From Candidatus Segetimicrobium genomatis (GTDB lineage: Bacteria > Sysuimicrobiota > Sysuimicrobiia > Sysuimicrobiales > Segetimicrobiaceae), in assembly GCA_005882275.1 (NCBI GenBank), contig VBAK01000137.1, positions 5,363 through 69,362 of the forward strand: 64,000 nucleotides of DNA. The letters are read 5' to 3'. The translations under genes were made by a program, and so were the position numbers. Positions 8,926-17,182 of this stretch are shown here, in pieces (position 1 is the stretch's first letter; every line of letters starts with the position of its first letter). Under the pieces are notes generated by a model. It saw only the letters and a list, made by a program, of their open reading frames with translations. It did not search any database and was not told the DNA's origin.

Positions 8926-10199
8926 CACGAGGCACGGGGGAACGGCTGGCCATCGACGGCGGCACGCCGGTCCGCACCCAACCGCTCCTGCCCGGCTACC
9001 CGGGCGGCCTGCTGATCGGCGAGGAAGAGAAGGCCGCCGTCATGGAGGTGCTGGACAGCCAGAGCCTGTTCCGCCACTACGGGCCCAGGCCGCTGCGCAA
9101 AGTCGCGCAGTTTGAGCGCGCGTTCGCCCAGGCCGTGGGCGCCCGCCACGCCGTGGGGGTCACCTCCGGCACCGCGGCGTTGATGACCGCGCTTGCCGCG
9201 CTGGGGGTCGGGCCGGGCGACGAGGTGATCGTTCCCACGTACACCTGGGTGGCCACGATCAACGCCGTCGTGCACCTCGGCGCGGTGCCCGTCTTTGTGG
9301 ACATCGACGACAGCCTCACGATGGATCCCGCGAAGCTCGAGGCGGCGGTCACGCCGTGCACGAAGGCGATCCTCCCCGTGCATATGCGCGGCGCGGGGGC
9401 GGACATGGGCCCGATTCTGGACCTCGCGGCCAGGCACCACCTCTACATCGTCGAGGACACGGCCCAGGCGGTCGGCGGGCGCTACCGGGGGCGCCGTCTG
9501 GGGACCCTTGGCGCCATCGGCGCCTACAGCCTCCAGTACCACAAGGTCATCACGACGGGGGAAGGCGGCATGGTCGTCACGGACGACCCGGCGCTCTGGG
9601 AACGCGCCGTCCGGTACCACGACCAGGGGTCGGCCCGCATGGAGGAGCTGGACGAGACGATCCCCGCCGGCAACCCGCTGATGATCGGGATCAACTTCCG
9701 GATGAACGAGATCACGGGCGCGATCGGGCTGGTGCAGCTCGGCCGGTTGGACTGGATCATCGAGCGGATGCGCGCGCACAAGGCGGCGGTCCTCGACGGC
9801 ATGCGGGGGCTGCCCGGCGTGACGATCCGGCGGCTGCCCGACCCGGAGGGGGACACGGGGGCCACGCTGATGTTCTTCCTGCCGACCGACGGGCAGGCGA
9901 GCGCGTTCAGCAAGGCGCTGTCCGCCGAGGGGATTCGCACGGAGGTGGCGTGGAACAGCGGCCAGCACGTGTACTATCATTTCGACCAGATCATCGAGCG
10001 GCGGATGTTCGCGGAGCGTCACTGTTCGTGGGAGTGCCCCTACTACAAGGGGCGCGCGCGACTCGAGAAGGGCATGTTCCCCCAGACGGACGACCTCCTG
10101 CGGCGCGCGCTGCACATCGACCTCCACCCGCTCCTGACGGAGCGCGACGAGTTCGATATCGTCCGCGGGATGCGCAAGGTCGCCTCCGCGCTCCTGTAG
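8922..10199 (+). CDS. DegT/DnrJ/EryC1/StrS PLP aminotransferase
   Basis: TSGTAAL, GPGDEVIVP, IVEDTAQA, YSLQYHKVITTGEGG (PLP Lys), NFRMNEI; ATGA-coupled to the LacI gene. Confidence 0.93.
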   Translation: MTRGTGERLAIDGGTPVRTQPLLPGYPGGLLIGEEEKAAVMEVLDSQSLFRHYGPRPLRKVAQFERAFAQAVGARHAVGVTSGTAALMTALAALGVGPGDEVIVPTYTWVATINAVVHLGAVPVFVDIDDSLTMDPAKLEAAVTPCTKAILPVHMRGAGADMGPILDLAARHHLYIVEDTAQAVGGRYRGRRLGTLGAIGAYSLQYHKVITTGEGGMVVTDDPALWERAVRYHDQGSARMEELDETIPAGNPLMIGINFRMNEITGAIGLVQLGRLDWIIERMRAHKAAVLDGMRGLPGVTIRRLPDPEGDTGATLMFFLPTDGQASAFSKALSAEGIRTEVAWNSGQHVYYHFDQIIERRMFAERHCSWECPYYKGRARLEKGMFPQTDDLLRRALHIDLHPLLTERDEFDIVRGMRKVASALL

Positions 10200-10220
10200 C
10201 CCCGGCGCGCCCGCGCCGCC

Positions 10221-11486
10221 TCACACGCCCCCGGCAGACGCCCGGGGGCCCAGTCCCTCGAGATCGAGGCCCGGCCGCCGGCCCATCACCAGGTCGGCGA
10301 CGGCCCGGCCGGACCCGCAGGCCATCGTCCATCCCATGTGCCCGTGGCCGGTGTTGAAAAACAGATTGGGATGCCGGCCGGCCCCAAGGATGGGCGCGCC
10401 GTCCGGCGTCATCGGCCGGAGGCAGGCCTGATACCGGCCTTCCGCTTCTTCGATCGCGTCGGGAAAGATGTCGCGCGCGAACCGCTTGATATTGTTGAAG
10501 TCCCGGGGCGTCCACCGCCAATCGTATCCGGCGAATTCTGCGGTCGACGTCATCCGGAGCCGGTCACCCTGCCTCGACCAGGCGACCAGCCAGGCTTCAT
10601 CAACCCCGGGGACCGTGGGCGCGAGGCCCCCCTGCTTCAAGGGGAACGTCGACGAGTAGCCCTTGGCCGGATAGATGGAGAGCCGGACTCCCACCGTGCG
10701 GGCCACGATCGGGCTCTGGACCCCGAGGGCCAGCACATAGGCGTCGGCCGCGAGCACGCCGCGATCCGTGACGGCGCCGGTCACACGGCCGCGCTCGGCG
10801 CGCAGCGCCGCGACCCGGGTCCCGGACTGAACGCGCAGGCCGAATTTTTCCCGGCAGGTCCGCTCCAGGCTGAGCGTAAAGAGTCTCGCGTCGCCGCTGG
10901 AATCTCCGAGATCCCGGACGGCCCCGGCGATCTTGTCCTTCACCGGCTCGAAGGCGGGATCGAGCGTCGCGACGCCGGTCGCATCCAGGATCTCCTGGCG
11001 CTGACCGTGCTCCGCCATGAGCGCCATTTTCTTGGCGCCGAGCTCCAACTCGACCGGGTCGCGGTACACGTAGAGCGCTCCCTGCCGGATCGCATGATAT
11101 TCGATCCGCTCTCCGCGCACGAGCTCGGTCAACAATCCCTGACTGTACTGGCACAGGCGGAGCTTGACCAGCGTGCTGCGTCGTGAGCGCTCGGCCGTAC
11201 ACTCGCGCAGAAACCTCAGCCCCCACGTGTACAGCCGGGGGTCCGGCTTGAGTTTGACCCGAATGGCGGTCTCCTGACCGAACAGCGACCGGAACAGCTG
11301 CCGCGGCGCCCGGGGAGAGGCCCATGAGAACGAATGGCCGGTGGCCAGGATGCCCGCGTTGCTCGCGGTCGCTTCCTGTCCGAGTTCCTGGTTCGCCTCG
11401 ACCACGGTCACCTCGCAGCCGTCCTTGGCCAGGTAATAGGCCGTCGTGATTCCCGCGATCCCACCGCCCAGGACCAGCACTCTCAT
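10221..11486 (-). CDS. dadA: D-amino acid dehydrogenase (DadA-like)
   Basis: MRVLVLGGGIAGITTAYYL, ATASNAG, YPAKGYS, CLRPMTPDG, NTGHGHMGWTMACGSG; start ATG 11486. Confidence 0.88.
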   Translation of the reverse strand: MRVLVLGGGIAGITTAYYLAKDGCEVTVVEANQELGQEATASNAGILATGHSFSWASPRAPRQLFRSLFGQETAIRVKLKPDPRLYTWGLRFLRECTAERSRRSTLVKLRLCQYSQGLLTELVRGERIEYHAIRQGALYVYRDPVELELGAKKMALMAEHGQRQEILDATGVATLDPAFEPVKDKIAGAVRDLGDSSGDARLFTLSLERTCREKFGLRVQSGTRVAALRAERGRVTGAVTDRGVLAADAYVLALGVQSPIVARTVGVRLSIYPAKGYSSTFPLKQGGLAPTVPGVDEAWLVAWSRQGDRLRMTSTAEFAGYDWRWTPRDFNNIKRFARDIFPDAIEEAEGRYQACLRPMTPDGAPILGAGRHPNLFFNTGHGHMGWTMACGSGRAVADLVMGRRPGLDLEGLGPRASAGGV

Positions 11487-11614
11487 CGGCCGCGATGCCC
11501 TCCTCCGCCTTAGCGGCGTTGGAGTGATTGCAGATCCGTCCGGCGACTCCCTGCCGCCTGGCATGGAGGCGTGCGCCGGGCGGCGGGGCTCAGCCTCTAT
11601 CTATGGTAGACATC

Positions 11615-11652
11615 TTGACATATAGATATATCACTGCTAAGATATATGTAAA
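11615..11652 (+). promoter_or_regulatory. Near-consensus sigma70 promoter upstream of ssb, inside an AT-rich inverted repeat
   Basis: TTGACA(11615-11620)-N17-TAAGAT(11638-11643) with extended TG; arms TTGACATATA / TATATGTAAA. Confidence 0.75.
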
Positions 11653-11783
11653 AGCAAGAACGGCAACCGGTCGCAGGCCGCTGGCGGCGACGGGGCTGCG
11701 TCGGGCGACCCACCGCGGAGCCTTGACGGCACGGACAGTAATGTTGCGCGAGAGGCAAGCATGCCACACGATGGGGGTGACAG

Positions 11784-12266
11784 GTGTTGAACCGTATTCA
11801 GTTGATCGGGCGTCTCACCCGGGATCCGGAGTTACGCTACGTGTCCAACGGACACCCGATGGCCCAGTTCACGCTCGCGGTTGATCGGGACTTCAAGAAT
11901 GCCGCGGGGGATCGCGAAGCCGACTTCATCAAGTGCGTCGCCTGGAGGAAACTCGCCGAGCAGGTGGGGCAGTACTGCGCCCGCGGCCGTCTCGTGGCGG
12001 TGGAAGGCCGGCTGCAGAGCCGGGCGTACGAGGCCTCGGACGGGGCGCGCCGGCGCGTCACCGAGGTGGTGGGAGACCGCGTCTGGTTTCTCGACAGCCG
12101 GCGGGCCGAGGGCGAGGCCGTCCCCGAAGCCGCCTCCGAAAGCACGGCTGAGGCGGCGCCGGCGGACGGGCAACCTGAGGTGATCGAGGACGCCGAGGCC
12201 TCGCCGGAGGAAGACCATCGAAGTCCGATCGAAGCGAGGAGTAGAACCGAGGTAGGCGAGGAGTAG
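11784..12266 (+). CDS. ssb: Single-stranded DNA-binding protein with a non-canonical C-terminus
   Basis: LNRIQLIGRLTRDPELRY, FTLAVDR, ADFIKCVAWRKLAE, VAVEGRLQSR; acidic tail without the terminal DDxPF tip. Confidence 0.95.
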   Translation: MLNRIQLIGRLTRDPELRYVSNGHPMAQFTLAVDRDFKNAAGDREADFIKCVAWRKLAEQVGQYCARGRLVAVEGRLQSRAYEASDGARRRVTEVVGDRVWFLDSRRAEGEAVPEAASESTAEAAPADGQPEVIEDAEASPEEDHRSPIEARSRTEVGEE

Positions 12267-12276
12267 AACCGAGGTA
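12234..12276 (+). repeat. Perfect tandem 21-bp direct repeat (period 22)
   Basis: GCGAGGAGTAGAACCGAGGTA at 12234-12254 and 12256-12276. Confidence 0.95.
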
Positions 12277-12277
12277 A

Positions 12278-12627
12278 CCCATAATCCCGACGGCCGACCC
12301 GCACGGACGAGGCGCCCACGTGGTGGATGCTTCACACCCCCTCCGAAGCGTCGGGCGTTGTCGCGCCCCCTCGTCCTTGCGGTCGGGCCGCAGCCCGGCT
12401 TGATGGGAGAGTGTCCCTCGCCGTCTGCGGTGTGAAGATATCGTAGTCCCGGCGTCTTCCCCGCGACGCCGGACCCAACCGGATGCTCCCACGCCCCACG
12501 GCGGGTTGCTCCTCCCACGGTCCGCCTGAGTTCTCGCCCGCGAGATTCACCGGTTCACCCATAGGATCCACTCGATAGGGCAACAAGCCGGAGGTACCAC
12601 CGGCCGCGGCCGCCGTGCGGTCGCGGC
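12278..12627. other. Structured intergenic spacer (long imperfect hairpin plus smaller stems); candidate oriT or single-strand signal
   Basis: Nested arms: CCCAT/ATGGG (12278/12403), GGACGAGG/CCTCGTCC (12305/12369), CGCCC/GGGCG, GATGCTTC/GAAGCGTC. Further hairpins at 12449-12472 and 12603-12627. The function is inferred. Confidence 0.45.
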
Positions 12628-12648
12628 TATTCTATTGAAGGAAAGGGG

Positions 12649-13572
12649 ATGATCGAGATGGCGAAGGACCCCGCGGCGGCGCTGATGCGGCTGACCCGGC
12701 GCGATCGCGCGCTGATTGAAGTGCTCGGGGAAGTGCGGTATCTGACGGCGGCGCAGATCCAGCAGGTCTGCTACCCGTCCGCGTCCGCGGACACCACCAG
12801 GCACCGCCTGTCACTCCTGAAAAAGCGCGGGGTCCTGACCTACCTCGCGCACCGGGCGTTTGAGGACCGGCGCGCGTTCTGGGGGCTGTCGCCGGCCGGC
12901 AGGACCGCGGCGGAAGCGGTTGCGGCGGCGGAGCAGGGCGCGCCCGCCGCGGCAGCGCCGCGCGCCGTCGCCGTCGCCGCGCTGCAGATCGAGCATCTCA
13001 TCGCGACCAACCAGGTCTTCTGTGACCTGTGCGGGCAGCACCGGGCGGGCCGGCTGGGCGCCTTCCGGTGGCTCGGCAGCCACCACGCCCAGGTTGATCT
13101 GGAAGACACCCGCCTGGTGCCCGATGCCCTGATCCTGATGGGGACACCCGATGGGGGCGTCTGGATGTACTGCCTCGAGCTCGATCAGGGGACGATGGCG
13201 CCGCTGCAGTTGTCGGCAAAGTTCGCCCGCTACCGCCGCTTCCACGACATCGCGAACCTCCGGCGGGACGAGCCGGTCTGGGGGATCCGGGCGTCGAGTT
13301 GGGTGGTGTTCGCCTGCAAGGATTCCGCGCGTGCCGCATGCGCCGCGCAGCTGGCGGTCCGCGCCGGCCTGGAACGGATATGGGCGGGCACAGCCGCGGA
13401 GGTGGCCGCGGGCCTGGCGGCCTCGGTGGGCCCCGAGACCGTCATCCGGCTCGGGGACCTGCCGCCGGGGCTCACCGGAGGGATCGTCCCTCCGTGCATG
13501 GGCGGTGCGCTGCCGGTGGATGAGCGAGAGACAAGGGATGACCGCGAGACAAGAGAGGAGGGATCTCAATGA
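12649..13572 (+). CDS. Replication-relaxation (Replic_Relax, MOBC-like) family protein
   Basis: N-terminal wHTH-like RLTRRDRALIEVLGEVRYLTAAQIQQ...RLSLLKKRGVL; HLIATNQVF; PD-(D/E)XK-type LVPDALI...CLELDQGTM...KFARY; strong RBS AAGGAAAGGGG. Confidence 0.82.
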   Translation: MIEMAKDPAAALMRLTRRDRALIEVLGEVRYLTAAQIQQVCYPSASADTTRHRLSLLKKRGVLTYLAHRAFEDRRAFWGLSPAGRTAAEAVAAAEQGAPAAAAPRAVAVAALQIEHLIATNQVFCDLCGQHRAGRLGAFRWLGSHHAQVDLEDTRLVPDALILMGTPDGGVWMYCLELDQGTMAPLQLSAKFARYRRFHDIANLRRDEPVWGIRASSWVVFACKDSARAACAAQLAVRAGLERIWAGTAAEVAAGLAASVGPETVIRLGDLPPGLTGGIVPPCMGGALPVDERETRDDRETREEGSQ

Positions 13573-15176
13573 GCCTGAGACAGATCGGTGTGGCCGCGGG
13601 GCTCGGCATCGCCCTCGGCGGCATGATGCTGCTCCACCAGCGTCCGATATTCTGGGTCGATCTTGCCTGCGCGGCGGCGCTCGTCGCGGTCCTCGGCCGC
13701 ATCGGCGCCCGCGCGCGGGTCTACGGTCCGCTGATGGGGGCGCGATGGGCGGGGCGGGCGGACGCCGGCCCGTTGATGACCCCGGGGCCATTCCTGCTCG
13801 GCCTGTGGGGGGAGTCGCGGACCCCGCTGTACCTGACCGAGGAGCGGCTCTCAGGGCACGTCATGGTCGTGGGGCCGTCGAGAAGCGGGAAAACCGCCGG
13901 CGCCATTGCCCCGAACCTCCTCCTTCGGGACCCCGGGCGGGAGAGCATTGTGGTGCTGGACGTGAAGACCGGACCGCGATCGCTCTGGAACGTGACGGCG
14001 GGGCGCTACGGCCCGCGGGCCCGCCTCTTCTGCCCGTTCTTCGAGGAATCCGTCGGGTACAACCCTCTGGCGCGCGTCGATTCGATCGGCGCGGCGCAGC
14101 GGAAGGCCGCGCTCCTCGTGCAGAACACCACGCCCCGCGGCCTTTCGGGGGACGCGCGGGTGTACGCGGCGGCGACCTGCGATCTCGCCGCGCTGTTGTT
14201 CCTCCACGTGCAGCAGGACCGTCCGGCCGGCGGACACACCGTCGGAGCCGTGTACCGGTTGGCGATGGGCGGGCCCGCGCTTGTGCGCGAGGTGCTCAGG
14301 TCCAGCCGGGTCGCCGAGGTGCGGGAGCGCCACGGGATCTTTTCGGCGCGCGAACGCCGGGTGCAGGAGGCCGCCGTGACCGGTGTGCTGGAGCGCCTGT
14401 CGCCGTTGGCGGACCCGCTGGTGGGGGAGGCGACATCGCACGACTTCGACCTCGGCCGGATCGGCCGGGAGCCCACCGCCTTCTACATTCTCCTGCCGGA
14501 GACCGACGGGCCGCGGCTCCAACCGCTCGTCGCGTGGCTGGTCGCCGATCTCCTCGACGAGCTGGTTGAGCAGTCAGACCGCGAGGGCCTCCGCTGCCCG
14601 GTGCGGGTCTACCTCGATGAATTCCGGCAGTTCGGGTATCTCCCCGGGTTGAGCGAGACGCTCCCCACCCTGCGGGAACGGGGCATCAGCGTCCTGCTCG
14701 GCGTGCAGGTGTTGAGCCAGATCGAGGAGATCTACGGGCCGGCCGAGGCCCGCACGTTGCTCGGGAACATGGAGACGAAGCTGCTGTTCCGCGCGGGAGA
14801 TCTTGAGACCGCGCACATGATCAGCGCCTGGCTCGGCCGGACCACGGTGCCGGCGGTTTCGGTGACGACCCGGGGCCGGGACCGCAGCACGACCGTCTAC
14901 CCGTACGTGCGTCCCCTCATGCCGCCCGAGGAGCTCACACGTATTCCGGACGGCGCGGTGATCGCGCTGGCGGGAGCGTCCCCGCCGCTGGCCCTGTGGC
15001 AGGCCCGCTACTTCGCGGTCCGCGGGCTGACGGTCTCGCCTCCTCCGTTTCCGCTCCGCCGCCGCGCGCCCCGCCCCATCGCCGTTGCGGCCCCGCGCGA
15101 GCCCACGCTGTCACCGGCCCGGCGGCCGGCGCCGAGACCGGCCGGCGGGGTGGCGGTTCGGCCGCCGACCGCGTGA
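13569..15176 (+). CDS. Type IV coupling protein, VirD4/TraG family
   Basis: Two N-terminal TM segments; Walker A HVMVVGPSRSGKT; VVLDVK; YNPL; Walker B VYLDEF; GVQVLSQIEEIYG; ISAWLG; RPLMPPEEL; ATGA-coupled to the relaxase. Confidence 0.92.
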   Translation: MSLRQIGVAAGLGIALGGMMLLHQRPIFWVDLACAAALVAVLGRIGARARVYGPLMGARWAGRADAGPLMTPGPFLLGLWGESRTPLYLTEERLSGHVMVVGPSRSGKTAGAIAPNLLLRDPGRESIVVLDVKTGPRSLWNVTAGRYGPRARLFCPFFEESVGYNPLARVDSIGAAQRKAALLVQNTTPRGLSGDARVYAAATCDLAALLFLHVQQDRPAGGHTVGAVYRLAMGGPALVREVLRSSRVAEVRERHGIFSARERRVQEAAVTGVLERLSPLADPLVGEATSHDFDLGRIGREPTAFYILLPETDGPRLQPLVAWLVADLLDELVEQSDREGLRCPVRVYLDEFRQFGYLPGLSETLPTLRERGISVLLGVQVLSQIEEIYGPAEARTLLGNMETKLLFRAGDLETAHMISAWLGRTTVPAVSVTTRGRDRSTTVYPYVRPLMPPEELTRIPDGAVIALAGASPPLALWQARYFAVRGLTVSPPPFPLRRRAPRPIAVAAPREPTLSPARRPAPRPAGGVAVRPPTA

Positions 15177-15350
15177 GCCGGTTCAGCCGAGGTCTAACCC
15201 CCCCGCCGTCTTCGATGACTCTCACAGGCAAAACCGACCCCTCGTGGAAGCAACAGGATGGTGTAAATAGTCTAGTCCTAAGGGAGGCATGGTCACAGGA
15301 GACTATGCGGATTGTCGTGAGGGCGTCGCCTCCCAGAGGAGGAGGATGAC

Positions 15351-15545
15351 ATGCGAGTCTTCTTGGCGATCCTCGGCGGAGCGATGATGATCGTCGGCGT
15401 GGTCTGGTTTCTTCAAGGCATTCGCGTCATTCCCGGAAGTTTCATGACCGGGTCGACCTTCTGGGCTGTTGGGGGCGCGATCGTCGCCCTCGGCGGATTT
15501 GTGATTCTCCGGGCCGTGCGTGCGGGAGCACCGCGGTCGGCGTAA
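15351..15545 (+). CDS. Small two-TM membrane protein
   Basis: Strong SD AGGAGGAGG; hydrophobic 64 aa with GVVWFLQG...PGSFMTG pattern. Confidence 0.8.
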   Translation: MRVFLAILGGAMMIVGVVWFLQGIRVIPGSFMTGSTFWAVGGAIVALGGFVILRAVRAGAPRSA

Positions 15546-15620
15546 TGCGCCGTGTGGTGATCTGACGCCGAACGCGGCGGCCGGAGGAGACGCCCCCAGC
15601 GCGGAGAACCCGACCTGGGC

Positions 15621-16409
15621 ATGTGGGTGGACGCGCATCTGCATCTGGACGCCCCCGAGTTTGACGCCGACCGCGAGGCGGTGATCGCTCGAGCCATCGC
15701 GGCCGGCGTGGGGTTGATGGTGTCCGCGGGAACGTCCGTTGAGGGCAGCCGGCGCGCCGTGGCGCTGGCCGAGCAATATCCCAACGTGCGGGCCGCGGTC
15801 GGGATCCACCCCTCGGCCGCCGGGGATGCCACGCCCGGCGGGTTGGACGCGCTCGCTGCGCTGGCCCGCCATCCCCGCGTCCTGGCGGTCGGCGAGGTCG
15901 GGCTCGATTACTATCGAGAGGGGGTCGAGCGCCGGCGGCAGATCGACGCCTTCCGCGCGCAGATTCGGCTGGCGCGTGAGGCGGACCTGCCGCTGGTGGT
16001 GCACGATCGGGAAGCGCACGCCGATGTGGACCGGATCCTGGAAGAGGAGGGCGCCACCAAGGTCGTCCTGCACTGCTTCACCGGGACGCCCGAACGGGCG
16101 CTGCGCTGCGCGGCGGCCGGGTGGATGCTCTCGCTCGCCGGTCCGGTGACCTTCGCGAATGCCGGCGCGCTGCGGGAGGTGGCGAAGCGCATTCCCATCG
16201 ACCACCTGCTGCTGGAGACCGATGCCCCCTATCTGGCTCCGGCGCCGGTGCGGGGACGCCGGTGCGAGCCGTCGTTCCTGGTGCACACCGCTTGCCTCGT
16301 GGCCGCGGTGCGGGAGATGGACGGCGACGCCCTCGCCTCGCGTATCGGAGACAATGCCAGACGAATCTTCTCCGTTGATGGATCGCCGGAGCGTCCGGCG
16401 GGACGGTGA
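15621..16409 (+). CDS. tatD: TatD-family hydrolase/DNase
   Basis: DAHLHL, AVGIHP, GEVGLDY, VVHDRE, LHCF, LLETDAPY. Confidence 0.95.
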   Translation: MWVDAHLHLDAPEFDADREAVIARAIAAGVGLMVSAGTSVEGSRRAVALAEQYPNVRAAVGIHPSAAGDATPGGLDALAALARHPRVLAVGEVGLDYYREGVERRRQIDAFRAQIRLAREADLPLVVHDREAHADVDRILEEEGATKVVLHCFTGTPERALRCAAAGWMLSLAGPVTFANAGALREVAKRIPIDHLLLETDAPYLAPAPVRGRRCEPSFLVHTACLVAAVREMDGDALASRIGDNARRIFSVDGSPERPAGR

Positions 16410-17106
16410 TCCACGCCCCGGGCCTCATCGAGCCCTCGCGTGGGGGCTCGCGATTGGCGCCGTCTATCTCGGCGTGGTCGTGTTCTCGTGGCCTCCCACC
16501 GTCCGACTGCTCTACGACGGGTTGGTCCCCCTCCCGCCGTACCGATGGGTGACTCCGCCGCCGGAACGGGCCAACGACAATCAACCTCCCCGGCCTGGCG
16601 CGGACACACTCGTGTTGGGCCCTCAGGGATCGCCCGCCGCCGAGGTCGCGACCGAAGATGATCAGGCCCTGGTCACCTTTCCCGCGGCGGCGCTGGCGCC
16701 GCGGCCGGGTGAGTCATCGGTGAAGGTCAGACTCACCCCGTTAGACCCGCTTGCTCTCGGCACCGTCCCGGCGGGCCGCCGGTTCGACGGGAACGCCTAC
16801 CGGATCGAGGCCACCTACGCCGCTTCCGCGGCCCCGGTCGTCCTCACGGCACCTGTGACCGTGGTCCTCCGCTACCCGGCGCACGCGACGCTTCTGCTCC
16901 GGGCTCAAGACGCCGGGTGGCAGGTGCTCCACACGACGCGCTTCGATGGAAGCCAGCAGGTGCTCGCTCCTGCGAACGATCTGGGGGTCTTTGTCGCCGC
17001 CTCGCCGTCGGCACGCCGGGGCACGCCCACGGCGGCGAGGCGGTCTCTCGCGGGCGGCTTCCTGCTCGCGGCGATCCTGACCGCCCTGGCGGCGCGGTGG
17101 AGATGA
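16378..17106 (+). CDS. Hypothetical membrane-anchored extracytoplasmic protein
   Basis: N-terminal hydrophobic stretch, LYDGLVPLPPYRWVTPP, beta-rich middle, C-terminal TM plus basic tail (LAGGFLLAAILTALAARWR). Start uncertain. Confidence 0.65.
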   Translation: MDRRSVRRDGDPRPGPHRALAWGLAIGAVYLGVVVFSWPPTVRLLYDGLVPLPPYRWVTPPPERANDNQPPRPGADTLVLGPQGSPAAEVATEDDQALVTFPAAALAPRPGESSVKVRLTPLDPLALGTVPAGRRFDGNAYRIEATYAASAAPVVLTAPVTVVLRYPAHATLLLRAQDAGWQVLHTTRFDGSQQVLAPANDLGVFVAASPSARRGTPTAARRSLAGGFLLAAILTALAARWR

Positions 17107-17182
17107 GCCGCTCGCCGCTGTGGACTCTAGATGTGAGTCGTGGCGGATCCCGATCGGGGGAGAGTATAATGAGAATCGAGCG

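Noticed and set aside
11549-11588. 14-bp GC-rich hairpin as an intrinsic terminator or element boundary
   Set aside because: No U-tract, no plus-strand gene ends here, and no matching copy at the right side of the module.
11723-11744. Second ssb promoter TTGACG...TAATGT
   Set aside because: The spacer is only about 10 bp.
12234-12276. CRISPR array
   Set aside because: Only two adjacent copies with no spacer, and no cas genes in the window.
12278-12420. SRP RNA or 6S RNA identity for the long hairpin
   Set aside because: No SRP GGAA-loop/CAGG-AGCA motif and no clear 6S central bubble by eye; left as an unassigned structure.
13523-13556. Short repeat GAGACAAG at the relaxase 3' end (ERETRDDRETREE)
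   Set aside because: Too short and imperfect; likely local slippage in a low-complexity tail.
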